Program-made: the position numbers and the translations under genes
The notes under the pieces: generated by a model
The model's database searches: none
Told to the model about the DNA's origin: nothing
The model's input: only the letters and a program-made list of their open reading frames with translations
Shown: piece after piece, positions 1 to 12,796 of the stretch
How positions within the stretch are numbered: the stretch's first letter is position 1
How the letters are laid out: each line of letters starts with the position of its first letter
Assembly: GCA_000165425.1 (NCBI GenBank)
Contig: CT868430.1
Span: 434,001-463,635 of the forward strand
DNA length: 29,635 bases
DNA from: Paramecium tetraurelia
Taxonomy: Eukaryota
Direction of reading: 5' to 3'

Positions 1-175
1 ATTGGTTTTCTTAAACTATATTTGAATTTCGTTTCTGATCCATTACTAAAAATCCATTTAGTTAAAAAAAATATATCCATAGAATGAACTGTTCAACAGC
101 CGTGTGTTTGGTTAATTTCTAATCGTTATCCATAATTGAGATCTGTAGCAAAAATTCGAAAATCCTTTGAATCAT
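1..175 (-). CDS. 5' part of a second PAS/TmcB-C-like multipass membrane protein (tandem paralog of 248-5235); runs off the window
   Basis: ATG at 175; code-6 translation MIQRIFEFLLQISIMDNDQKLTKHTAVEQFILWIYFFQLNGFLVMDQ..., open to base 1. IYFFQLNGFL lines up with FYYIQLLGYL at the same offset in the neighbouring gene. Confidence 0.7.
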
Positions 176-247
176 TAAGCGTATTATTAAATATTGAAAT
201 TAATTTAGAACTAATCAATCAAACATATAAATTATAAGATCATAAAA

Positions 248-3200
248 TCATTTTTCATATTTTCTTCGAAAGCTTTCTAAATGTTTTGGAATGTTTCTTT
301 AAAATAAGATAGGGAGTGGTATAGATTTGATGATAGCTTTTGAAAGCAGATATCTGTTGAATTAATAATATCCAAACGTAATTTAGAATGCTAAAACAAA
401 GATAAACATCAAGATTCCTATTGAAATGATAAGGGTTTAATTGTCCTTAGTTAATTTATCTATAGTTTATGACGAGATATCTAAGAAGTATTGACTAAAT
501 TGACTTATCTGAAATTAAATGATATCGATTCCCCATAACATATAAATCAGATATTCACTATCATCGAATATGCTTTCCAATGCAATAGCTTTCTCTAAGT
601 AAGATTATTATCTAAATATTAATTAAGAGGCTCCTTCTACAAAAGATAGCACTTTAGATTAGAGATGAACAATTCCAGTTTAAAAAAGAGGAATAAATGT
701 CTATTAGTACAGCCTATCATATAATAATTGAGTTTGCATATCACAACCTGTTAAAAGACATACATCTTAACCTAAAAGCTAATCTTATTGCGAAGCATTG
801 AGTCCAGAATTGGATTGATCAGCAGTTAGAATCAGACTTGTAAAATCTATCATCTTTAACCTTGAGATATCTTCTTAAATCAGTTCTTCATCTATTTCTA
901 ACAAATTCAAAATCTAAGTATTAGTTTATATGTTTCTCGTTTTGAGTTGATGACCTGGATCAGAATTATTAAGTTACGCGTAAGTTTCAAAATACTATTT
1001 TATTAAAAATAAGTCAAATCTATTAGCAGCTACTATAAAATTCAACCTGTTTTCTTAAGCTAAAATGGCTCTATTGCTAATAGGTCCAATAGATTTGGTT
1101 ATTTAAAGATAATAAAGTAGAAAAGCCATTACATATGAGATAATGATTATTGAGACTATGACAATGGAAAAAATAGAGCAAAAGTTTGAATATTTAGAAC
1201 TTTCTTAGATCTCTCTTTAATTAACCCTTTTTTTCTAAACAACTACAACTGTAGCTTTATTTTAGCTTTTTCTAATATCATCCAAAAAGCATTTAGGCAA
1301 GCTCAAAATTACACTATAATCTTTCTCTCTTAAGAAGATCCTGTTATATGACACCATACTTATTAATTAATCACATTAATGAATGATCTACACACAATCC
1401 TCCTTATCACACATTTAAAATAATTTGAGATAGATTTTGATAGTGTGAACTACCTTCAGATAATTAATAATCAAAGCTGTCAATTACAAAATAAGAATTA
1501 TAAAGAATCCAACAAATTAATAATTAACTATCTAATCAAAATAATCATTCATCTCAGTGTTATAAACATGACAATCCTCTAGAGTTATATTAGCACTCTC
1601 ACTGACATCAAAAAAGTTATAATAAATTTGTGATCTTGCAATTTAAGTTGGGTATGAATCATTTCTCCCAGATAAATAAGTTTAAGGTGAGGATGAAAAT
1701 GTCTTATAAGACAAAAAGAATGATGAATGCATTATCTGATAATAAGTAGAATAATCTTATACTGTTTGAGATATTTTGCTTTTCAAATCGAAATTGATAA
1801 AATAAATTGTAATAAGTTTAATTTAGCTTTTTGCAGCTATTTCTTTATAACTTGAATACATATCGTTGAGTCGAACACTTCCTTTTGCAATATGCTACCA
1901 GGCCATATATATTTTATCATATCTGGTAATATTTATCTCATCATTATTGAATGGAATAATTGTGTCCTTTTATAATGGATAAAAATCTCTATAATAGATT
2001 ACATGTCTAGATCCTGACATGGTTTAGCTATATGCATCCAAAAAGTTTAAATCAGCTGTGATTTATGAAATGCAATCGGATTAAAGATATTTTTTATGTT
2101 AAAAAATGTTGGATATCAATATTATTATTATTAAAAATACAACAATTTACAAGAGAAAATGAGCAATTAAATTTTTGATTGCTTTTGGTAAAAGAGTATC
2201 ATTGATAAACAAAACTATTTTTTCTATTTGTTCATTGATTTCATTTGAGCTATGCTTTGTGGCAGTATTTGTCAATTCAGCTACCAATTCAATCTATTCA
2301 TTTAAATCTTCTCCATCATTTGAGAGTATAAGATTACTTTAATTAGGTCTAGTCTATTCTATGACTGCTTATTATCTTCTTAAAATATCAGAAAGTGCTG
2401 GTGTTCTTACAATTTATTAAGTTGGTGATTAAGTAACTTTCGGATCTTCCAAAAAATCAATTTCAATTACAAAATATAGAAATTGACAGGTTTGATCTTT
2501 TACCAAATAAGACAGAACCTTTTAGACAACACTAAATTCAATAGGATATAATTTTGAAATTTATGAATTAATGTTTAAGATGCTAGTATTAATATCTTTT
2601 AAAGTATTCATCATTTATTTATTAGTATATTTTTTGGTTGATAATGATTAAGATGTTCTGTATTGATTATGTTTTTAAGAAGGTACTGATAACACTCCTA
2701 TTTCTCTCTAACATATCATATCCTATTTAATTATCCTTTTCTTATTTTACATAGTTAATACTCTATAATATTCTTCTAAAATTTAGGACATAGAAGGGAT
2801 TAACTCTTAAATAGCAACTTATTCATAAATTTCTTCAGGTATAACTAAATCGACATTGGTATTATTTTTATAAAAGTATTTATGATTGATTCTCTCGTAG
2901 ATGTTTCTGGTTATTCCAAAAATTAAAAAATCAGAATCAACCAATATATATCCTCTTTTGTTAAAATCAATTTCCCTTTTTTCATATTTCACCATTTTCA
3001 ATAAATGTCCAATAATCCAAAATTAATATTAATCATTAGAATATGGAAATAATGCTGTAAGACATATATTAACTTTTTCAATCAAGTTGTCTGAGTTCAG
3101 AATAAACTATTCAGAATTCGCATACAATCTATTTGTCTTTCCTAATTATAAGTAAGATTCGATCAAACCATTATGTATTCTACCAAGTTTTATCGGCAAC

Positions 3201-5235
3201 AATTATTCTATTTTGGTTAAGGGAACATTTAAATTTTAATATCCAAAAAATTCACAAAATTAATCATTTATCTTTTGTGTAATGTATCCCAGAGTTTAAG
3301 ACTGTACATTAGAAACTATTGATAAGGCTTGCCCATTTAAAAAGTATAAATTATTGAATTATTAGCCTTTTGAGATAGTTTGTTCCTTTACTTAACACTC
3401 AATTTATTAAGCTAACCTTAAACAACTATTAATATCTTCCATGCAGACTATTGAGACTGCTAGTTTTATTTTTTAGATTAGAATAGAATCAATAGCTGGA
3501 ATTTCTCTTTGATTTTAAAACTTTAGGAATTCATTTTTCAAAATTTCAGTTTTATTTCTTATCTATTATGAAAATTAAATGATTTTATCAAAGGAAATTA
3601 AATGATTCATTTTTTATGACCACAATTATTTTTAACAAAGGAGCAAATCAACCATTCGTTTAACAATTTCATCTTCAAAATTATAAAATAGATTAAAATC
3701 CTATAAAGTTCTAAATTCCAAGGATCCAATTTATATACCTGCTCTATTATGGTTTTCGATTTCAATTTTATTCAAAAGTTGTATTTAGTTTGTTAAATTA
3801 ATAAAAAATTAAGGCATACTCCCTGATTACATTTTTTTAAATGTGTAAACAACGTCTTAGATAATTTTATATGATAAGACTGAGTTTTCTCTGTATTTTT
3901 ATAAGAAAGTTACAAATTTAATTGTAAGTTGCTCAAAGTATTAAAATTAATTAGGATTTTGCAAAATTGATTTAATCATTTTTTAAAACTAATGTTACAC
4001 CCAAACGTAAATCTATGGTGTGTTAAGTTGATTTTAACCAAAAATAAACTTATTCAACTTTTACTTACAAGGGCATGATACATCATTACAATTTTTACAA
4101 TGAATCGCTAAATACTTTAGAAATAAATAGTAATCTCGTTTATGAATACTCTCTAAATGGCATAATTCACAAATGAACTCTAATGGATGTTCACTATTTT
4201 TACAAAATTTAGATTTTAAATATATTTTGCATTCTCTATCAATGTAATTGTCATAGAGTGTTTGATTGATCCCAAAAATCAACTATAATAGATATATGAA
4301 TTACAGGAACACAAATGCAAAACGTTATAAATATGTGACCATCACTTAAGTCAGAAAATATCCACACAGCTACCAAAATTTCGAATAACCATGCGCACCA
4401 CAGGCATTTGCTAAAAAAGATTGTTTCTTATTAAAAACCAAAAGGAATGTTAAAATATGTATCAAAAGCGATAACAATAATTATGAGATTGAATATTGCA
4501 TGTATTACTATATTGTAGTTAGTATACATTTCCTTCCAAAAAGATGCCATCTATAACGACATATGCAATATGATTGTCATCAGATTAAAATAGCTAAATT
4601 TTCTCATCAAATCTCCTTAGACAAATTCATAATTTCTAAAACAGTATAATGATAAAAAACCTGAAAGGATAACGAGTACTTAGCCTATGATACTAATTAC
4701 CAAAAAGTGAGGTGAAATCAAAGAGAAACAGTGTTCAGGGTCGAGATTACCATGTTAAGCCAAATATGCCAATCGACCACAAGTCAATACTCCAATCATG
4801 CATTCATGAAAAGGTGTTAAAAAATACCATTAAAAGTTCTTAAAGTAAAATCTTATAAATCTATTAACAAAGTTATTTGGGGGGAATGGCTAGTATAGGA
4901 TTTTATATTACTTTGTAAGCAATTTAAAAAATTATTACTGCATAAATAGAACACATCGTACCGAAAACACAATAGTAAATTGCTTTTGTAAAGGGGTCAT
5001 AATGTATAACTATCATCATAAATGGAATAGAGGAATATTATCCTATTTGAGCCAAATAATCATTCTCATAAAATACGATGGATTTGCTTTCAAATTAACT
5101 ATATAGGTAACCAAGCAATTAAATATAATAAAAGACAATCATGCCCAAATTGCCATAATCTATTTAAGCTTTTCTTCTTTCAGTGTTACATCCAATTGTT
5201 AAAAAGAAGGAAATTAGTTTAGAAAAATGTTTCAT
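248..5235 (-). CDS. Large (~1647 aa) multipass membrane protein with central PAS-like domain (ciliate TmcB/TmcC-like family)
   Basis: ATG 5235, TGA 250-248; 22-nt introns 4890-4911 and 4283-4304 restore the frame. N-terminal TM cluster (FRNYEF), HCKNCNDVSCPC motif, PAS-like LLPIKLGRIHNGLIESYL, C-terminal TMs ending IKSIPLPILFQ. Both ORF-track pieces (4061-4282, 2819-3001) are in this frame. The interior was spot-checked, not read codon by codon. Confidence 0.85.
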
Positions 5236-5649
5236 TAATCTTAAATTATTATATATATAAACATATCAAGAATCTGTAAATAAGTTAAATCAACAATTTC
5301 ATCAGTTATTTATATGCGAGCTTTATTAGTTTTTTAAACAATAATATCATTAACTAAATTATTTATAACTATGGCCAAATTTTAGGGAAATTAAGAATTA
5401 ATCATTTAATTATTCAAGTTTTATTATTAAAGTTGGCAAAAAGATCAATTTTTTTTTGCACAAATTTGAAATTTTACGATTTATACTCAAATAATAATTG
5501 ATATGAACATTATAAAGCTTTTTATCATAGTTTAGGATGAAATATTTGAATTGTTAAATTGAATTTTTTTTAGTTCAGTATATAATTATTACTCACTGTC
5601 ATACATTACATACACTTTTAATGAAGATCTAAAATCAATTAAATATTCA

Positions 5650-6896
5650 AATATCTAATTACTAGCCTAGTACTTCATAAATACACCAGCATCAGTATAA
5701 CATTGTTTCTATTAGGACTTTAATTCTAGGAGTATCGGTTTCCTTTTTCTACTGTTATTAGCATTTCATTTAAAAAGAAAATCTTTAATTTGATTCATAG
5801 CGTTTGTAAAATATCTCAATACTTCATATAATCTTCCGTTTTGATAGATCAAGTCTTTATATCCGAATAAAGATATCAATATTTAAGTTAGATATTTTCC
5901 TTAAGTGACTATTGATGTTATCCCTATTTAACATATTAGGAATTTTATAAATTATTATTACTTGATATTATTTAGATGATTATTTGATGTAAAATTTCGA
6001 AATTATTAAAAATGTTTATATAATTTCAATTTTGAAGCTTTATTTTAATAATGTGTTATAAATGACCAAGTTGGAACTTAAATTCTATTTTCAAAATAGA
6101 TAAGAATTAAATAACATTAAGAAAGCATGTTCTCAAATATGAAATATGGTTAATTAGGTTTTTGAAGCATTCGCTCTCTAAAAATGCTTTCTTTAAATTA
6201 GGTTTTCTAATTCTAATTTTAAATTGTTATAACGAATTATGGCTTACAATTTGATTGAAATATAACCTATTTATCTGTTTTATTTTACTTAAAATACATA
6301 ACATTGTAATATATTTCCGCTTAGATGGAATTAACAACATACCAAGTATTAGATGTTTAGATTTTTCAAAATTATTTCCAATTTGAATTGTTTTATTCTT
6401 TAAATTTGAAGATCAATCAGATATTTTTAATCTTGTAATGAATAACTTATTATATTTTAAAAACATAATTAAATAAAATTGCTGTTGTGTATTGCCCAGT
6501 CTGAATTTCTTATTATTCTCTGATATATTTATTAATTGATCCCTAAATTATATTAGTCCTTAATTCGGCATACGATAATAGCTTATTAAAAATATTATTG
6601 GACACTTCAACATTCACACATTCTATCGTTTTCTTAATTTGTTCGAATAACAAATATCATTCAATCTTAAGCAACTCTCCTATATTGGTAATGCTTATTC
6701 TGCATAAATCACTTATGAGAGGATTGAAATGACATATTTGGGTGTTATCTAAAACTTTAGGGTTTTTTGGTAAGGTTATTATAAGGAATGTTACTATTGT
6801 ATTGACTTATTTCTGATAAACTACAGTTTGATTTTGTCTGTAAAACTAAATAATACAACTATTATTATAGTTTAATTTACTCATTTATTTTTGCAT
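5650..6896 (-). pseudogene. Probable decayed gene
   Basis: ATG 6896 and a canonical 22-nt intron (6859-6880), but the frame closes at TGA 6616-6614. Downstream coding-like stretches (e.g. KLQAIIRYNNLKLELENL) are broken by TGAs and frame changes. Confidence 0.45.
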
Positions 6897-6915
6897 TTAT
6901 AATTATAATATTGTA

Positions 6916-9073
6916 ATGAAACTGCACAAAAAAAATATATTAATTCGTTCTAGCATGCATTCTCCATCAAATTTTGATTCGAAACCCTCAACCCAAATTC
7001 CTAGATAGAGATCTGTCAATTAATTTGAAGAGGCTGATCCTATTTCAAAAGGTATTAGGAAAACTATATTTATGAGATAGAAAAATTATAAAAATGAGGA
7101 ATGTTGTAGACTTAGGAGATGCAACTGAATCTGTTCATAAATCCTCATCTAAACAAAGGAGAAGATAAAGCAAAGATGAATAGGATTAACTACTTGAATA
7201 ATTAGATCAATGGCATGAATAAGTGATTTCAAAGAAAAAAGCATTTGCATTTGAATAAGTTAAGTAAAATGATAACAAATTCATGGAGAACGAATTCTCT
7301 AGCGAGGGAGGACCTTAAATAAATTAAACCATTATCAATTCTATACTCAAACCATAAGATAAATAATAGTTGAAGAACTTGTCATTAGAAGATGAATAGA
7401 ACTCCAATGTTTAAGTGAAATTTTAATAGTTAAGATCACACAAGGATTCTAATCCAGTCTTAAAAACTCTAGATTAAGTTAGGATAGAAATGAATAAACA
7501 TATCTTAAACTCATTATTATTATAAAAAGTTACAAAGAAGTTGGATGATTTGTAAATTAGCAGAAAAGGCAAATCAAATTGGAACCATTAAAAAATGGAT
7601 GAAGAAACAACCCAAGTAGTTAGAGATTAATCATAAGCATTAAAAAATTCAACCCTCAATAATTTTAAAGGATTAACTGAATATTTTAGTAATCCTTCTT
7701 AATACATCGATTACGATATAGTCTTATCTAAGGCTAAATATTACAGTAATCGACCTCCAAATTAGTTTTCGGTGGAAATTGTATAAACTGGATAATAAAC
7801 TTCTTAGACAGCTAAATAATTAATGGAATCATTTTCATAATTCTAGATTTAAATAAAAGAAAATAAATAAGTCCTTTATTAAATGAGATTAGATAATAAT
7901 AGATTAGTGTAAAAGGCAACCGCAAAAGAAGATGAAATAAGCGAAATAAGAAGGAAATATTATGGGAAAGAGGAAAAAGCTAGATTAGGATATGTTTCTG
8001 AGTAAGAAGGAAAAAAAAGAAATATGATGGAGATTTTAGAAAAAATTAGATAGTAGAGAGATGTAGAAATTAGAAATATTCAAAAATTTATCTCATAAAT
8101 AAAAGATGAAATGCATAGAAATACTGAGAAACAGGAGATAATCTAGAAAGATTTAGATGAATTAAGGTAAAAAAAGAGAAGGTGCAAGATGCTATTGAAG
8201 GATATATTCTTAAAGCAACTTTAAGAGGCAAATGAATCTTTGATGCCTGAAGGATTAGTTTAAATAATTAAACAAATGAAAAAAATTAATGAAAACGCTA
8301 AAGTCGAACAATTTCCAAGATATTTAGATGATTAATCAAGACAGTATCTTCTTTAGGCTGCATAATTAGAAATATAAATAGAAGATACTAGGTCTCAATC
8401 TTAAAAATAAAATCATAACATTACTAATTTAAAAAGTACTCAATCTTAGTAATGTTTATTCTAAACATAACCAGTGAGTGTTTCTCAACTGAAAAGCCAA
8501 GTGAAGACAATGCTTAAAAGAAGTGGAGTTTCCATAAAAAAACCAGTGTTTGTTTAAGGTATAGATCCTATGAATCCTTCATCATTTGCTCATGTAATTA
8601 AATGGGAAAACCAAGAATTAGAATCTATCAAATTGCAGGATTCAGAAGAAACCCATTTTAAATTATAAAATATGCCTAGTGAAGGCAATCTAAATTTTAA
8701 AGATTTTAATCAAAAATTAGTTTAATTTTAGCAATAATTAGAATAACTTCAAAAGGAAGAATAGAAAAGAGTACTAAAACTATATTAAAATAAAAGACAT
8801 TTATCAGATGTTCAAGAATTGAAATTAGTTTTATACTCTTTATTCGGATAAGTGATAGGAGATTAGGTATGGTATGAGTTTGTTATTGAATGGACTGAGT
8901 AAAAATCCTTAAATCCTCAGTCAATATTGATGAAAGATTCAGAATTAAAAGCAAACGATAAAGGATAAAGTTAAAAGTAGATAAATGAAAAAATAAAATA
9001 AAGAATAGCTAATACTTATCGTAAATTATAATAAAGTAATGAAATTGAATATAATTTTAATATGCTAGATTGA
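6916..9073 (+). CDS. Uncharacterised coiled-coil protein (~710 aa)
   Basis: ATG 6916, TGA 9071-9073; one 25-nt intron 7052-7076 (GAG acceptor) is required by the frame. Long E/K/Q heptad region and FPRYLDDQSRQYLL motif. Confidence 0.85.
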
Positions 9074-9088
9074 TTCTTATATTATTTT

Positions 9089-10021
9089 TCAAATAATTAA
9101 TAAAAATGGTCTGATTTTTTATAAAGCGACTTTCTCATCAACTAAAACAACCTCTTTGTGTTAGCCATTATGAGTTATTTCAGCTTATAATTAAATATTA
9201 TTGGATACCTCTCAAATCATAGAAATAGAATGGCTCTCCAATTTAATATCTGTATTTTCCTGGGACAGGCATAGTCTTAAATTTCAAATTCATAACTGCA
9301 CCTGTTTCAACATCAGCCATTTTGAAATGTCCTGTAGTCATTGAAGTGTCAGTGTTAAAGAATTGCCAAAACTTACGAGTTATTTTTAATCAATACCTTA
9401 TTTTTGAATTCTGGGAACTTTTCAGGACATGGATATCCACGATCATATTCGCAATCGTAATCTAATACATGAATAGTTTCTTCTTTAAAGAGAGCGTTAA
9501 TCTCATTATTCTTATAGAGCATATCCCTAAGATAAGTTTCCTTAAAATCGGGATCACCACATTTATCTCTTGCTCTCACATATAGCATGGCTAATGGCAA
9601 AACAGTTAAAACCTATTTTTAATTGAAATTCGTTACTTTGAATCCAAAGGCTAAAGGATAAAATTGATAAAAGAAGAGACTGAATGCAGGCAAGAAGTAA
9701 ACATTAAATTTATCAAATAATCTATGTCTTCTTTCAATTAAACATGAAAAATTAGGGACCTAAAATTGAGGTTGTAAATCTTACATGTCTGTGCAATACA
9801 TCCTAAATCCATGCCCATCCAAGTGGTACTGATTCCCAGTTATCTTTGGGGGTTTTTACGTATGTATGCTCTTGATTAATATCTCTTGGGTATGTATAAT
9901 AAGCATTCTTAAATTTGTATTGCCATCTCTTATTGTATGGGTTTGAAGATTGCCACACAATCTTGTTGTATTGTGAACGATGCACTAATTACTACACTGT
10001 TTTGCTCTTAATAATTTACAT
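9089..10021 (-). CDS. Probable mitochondrial inner-membrane protein (~277 aa), possibly a ciliate-specific respiratory-complex accessory subunit
   Basis: ATG 10021, TGA 9091-9089; introns 9760-9784, 9613-9636, 9372-9396, 9184-9208. Basic, acid-free N-terminus, hydrophobic segment VYFLPAFSLFFYQFYPLAFGFK, C-terminal FFNTDTSMTTGHFKMADVETG. The gene model is strong; the function is inferred. Confidence 0.75.
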
Positions 10022-10295
10022 TATTTATATCTTTTAATTAGCAATATAAACTTAAAATATAATTATCTTTAAAATTCTCCTCCACATCCCCAATTTCTTT
10101 AACAATCCTCAATTGAATATCAAATTCTTGTGGAAATCAAACATTATATTTGAGATTCCATATTATGTTAAATTATTGCTCTTTGATATCTTCAATTGAA
10201 GTACTAAGGCTTCATCGTTGTATAATAGAATCTTAATTGCTTATGGAGTAATTAAGTTAATTAGTGTTCAAATATTAAAGATATATATATATATT

Positions 10296-11588
10296 TCAAA
10301 AGTCCTTAATTTATTTCAGCTGTTTGTTCGATAGTAAATTATTGGTTGTGTTTAGATAATTTTTGTAACTTGCCTTCCATTAATCTAACGATTGAAAACA
10401 TTCAATGGAGACGCAGATCCCATAACAAGTTTTGTTTGCACTTACTTTTTGGTCTGCAAAGGGGACTGATGCAAACAACAAGTCATTGATTGATTTGGTT
10501 TTAGAATTGACTCTTTATTTGTATCTCTATTACTAGATATGAATTGTTGTAATAGTTCAGTATCATCATTTTATTCTTTATTTTCCTTTTGTTTTTTTGG
10601 ACAGAAGATTGACATGACAAAGGATTCCACTTATTTATTAATAACATCAAAATTGATGTTAATTTTAATCTTTTCAGATATGCCATTAATAATGTTTTTA
10701 TACTCTTCAATAATTTCATTAGGGATCAATTAATTCATTAATTTATAGGCTTCAAACTTTGAATTAATATTCTAAACAACTTCAATCTCATTGTTCATCA
10801 TCTTTTGGATTTAATCCTTGTTAATTTAAACCAGTTTTTATTGAAGTTCATTAATCAAAGAGATAATTTAGTTTTTAATTTGAAGAAAGTAATTTTCATA
10901 TGGCTTTTAAATTGCTTTAAATAGTTCTTAACTTTAATTCATCAATTCTTCTGCTTTTTTAATATTTTCTTCAATCAAAAGCTCGTAATTCTCAATTTCT
11001 TTCATTTGACTAACATGTTTGGTATGCATTTTGATAACACAATGTGCACATGCTTTTTGCAACCTATATGGACAATCATTATCTACACATATAAACTTAT
11101 ATTAATTATTTTCATGGCCTGGTAGTTTGCAAATATTAGTCTTTTCTATTTATACTTGGAATGATTATTGCTAGCTGACTAATTATTCCTCATTTTTCAA
11201 TCTATTTATGGGAGAAAAGGTTTGATCATTAGAGTTCCTTTTGGTTATAGGTGAAAAGGATGAGATCTTTCATTTATTGATGCCAATTGCAGCCATTCAT
11301 CTTTATCCTAAATTCCTTTTTCGATTTAATCTTCTAAAAAAGTCTTGGTATTAGGTTTCTCCTTATTTTTGATGAAGGAATTGTGTTGTTCTTTTAATTT
11401 TTAGGTGATTGTGTATTCTGAGATTGATCTTTGGCTCTGAATATAGTTTAATGAAATACTAGATTCTTCTTATTGGAATCAACGATCTAACCCCAAGTAG
11501 ATTCCTTTTCTTCAAAGGCTTGTTTAATATGATTGCGTAAACCCAATTGATTCCAGAGTTCACGTGAAGACTTCTTTGGCTTAATCAT
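10296..11588 (-). CDS. B-box-type zinc finger / coiled-coil protein with an apparent 1-nt frameshift near 11269 (pseudogene or assembly indel)
   Basis: ATG 11588, 23-nt intron 11437-11459, then a frame switch to KISSFSPITKR...ICKLPGHENNQYKFICVDNDCPYRLQKACAHCVIKMHTKH followed by coiled coil. Ends at TGA 10298-10296 if intron 10511-10533 is spliced, otherwise at 10318-10316. Confidence 0.65.
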
Positions 11589-11606
11589 ATTCGTTAAATT
11601 AATATA
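11589..11606. promoter_or_regulatory. 18-bp AT-rich gap between divergent start codons (putative bidirectional promoter core)
   Basis: Minus-strand ATG at 11588 and plus-strand ATG at 11607 flank attcgttaaattaatata. Confidence 0.45.
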
Positions 11607-12704
11607 ATGCTTATCGATACTACTCATTAGGATATTATTCATGATATAGCTTTTAATTTCGACGGAAATCGATTTGCAACAGCTTCCAGCGATCAAACAA
11701 TGAGAGTTTACAACAAAGTAAATGGGTAACGAAATATATTTAATGATTTAAATAGGAAATGGGAAAAGAGTGCCGAATGCAAATGTCATGATGGTCCAAT
11801 CTGGAAGATTAGATGGGCTGATCCTAAATTTGGATAATTGATAGCTACTTGTAGTTAAGACAAAGGTGTTTGTGTTTGGGAAGAAAAGAAATTCTTACAA
11901 GAAAATCCATCAGGATAGAAATAAATAATTATATAATGGAAACAGAGAATATTAATTTTAGAGAGCAAGGAAGCAGTGGCTGACATATAATTTGGTTCAA
12001 AATCGAATGGCTTATTATTGGCAATAGCGTATGTCGATGGGAAATTACAAATTCATAGAGTTTATGAGCAGAATTAATTCATCAAGGAAGGTGAAGACAT
12101 TTAGATAATGACCTATGGGTTGAGAGCAATATCATGGAATCATGCTCCATTAGAAAGGGAGATGCTGGTAGCTGCAGGTAATGCAGAGCAATAAAAGTAT
12201 TTAAGTAAAATAAAAATGGACCACTTTAATGAAGTAAAAACTATGGCAATTTGGATGTTGGAATATGAGAATCAAAAATTTGGAATGAAGAAGATTTATG
12301 AATTTGATGAGGAGAAAACTATAAATGATGTTCAATGGGCAAATCAAAATGGGAAGAGCTTTCATTTAATTGCATCTGCTAGTGCTGAAGGAGTTAAAAT
12401 ATGGTAGATTAAGATAATCAAAGAGAGTCAAGTTGAAAAAATGAAAGTCTTTAATATCAATCGAGAAACTAAACCCAATTATCATGCTTATAGAGTCTCT
12501 TGGAATATTTTGGCTAATCTTTTAGCAGTATCTTGTGAAAGCAAAAAGATGGATGAAAATTAAGCCTTTGTTACTTCTAGAGAGGTTAGAATTTATTAAA
12601 ATTAAAATGGGAGCTGGGTTGCAAAAGGAATCATTTAGGAAGCCAATTTTATAAGAGATAGTATATCACTGCAACATTTTACAACTAATGGATTGATTTC
12701 TTGA
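11607..12704 (+). CDS. SEH1: Nucleoporin / GATOR2 subunit Seh1 (WD40, Sec13/Seh1 family)
   Basis: MLIDTTHQDIIHDIAFNFDGNRFATASSDQTMRVY...CHDGPIWKIRWADPKFGQLIATCSQDKGVCVWEE matches the Seh1 N-terminal repeats. Probable 30-nt intron 11726-11755; TGA 12702-12704 in frame. Confidence 0.85.
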
Positions 12705-12796
12705 GATTATCTTTAGAGTTTTAATTTAATTTTTCTAGTAATTAATGATGCCCCTAATTGTCTGTTTGCTCATAAAACCTATATGATAATATAAAC

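Noticed and set aside
4636..4660. 25-nt GT..AG intron candidate in the PAS gene
   Set aside because: The frame reads through as a TM helix ending in FRNYEF; introns 4890-4911 and 4283-4304 already explain the frames.
5650..6660. In-frame TGAs read as selenocysteine or readthrough
   Set aside because: They come with frameshifts, and there is no selenoprotein motif or SECIS-like element; decay is the simpler explanation.
10501..10733. ORF-track entries 10501-10719(-) and 10539-10733(+)
   Set aside because: Off-frame or antisense shadows of the coiled-coil gene. The same applies to 16015-16209, 17538-17777, 20077-20367, 20501-20710, 20722-20943 and 22263-22466.
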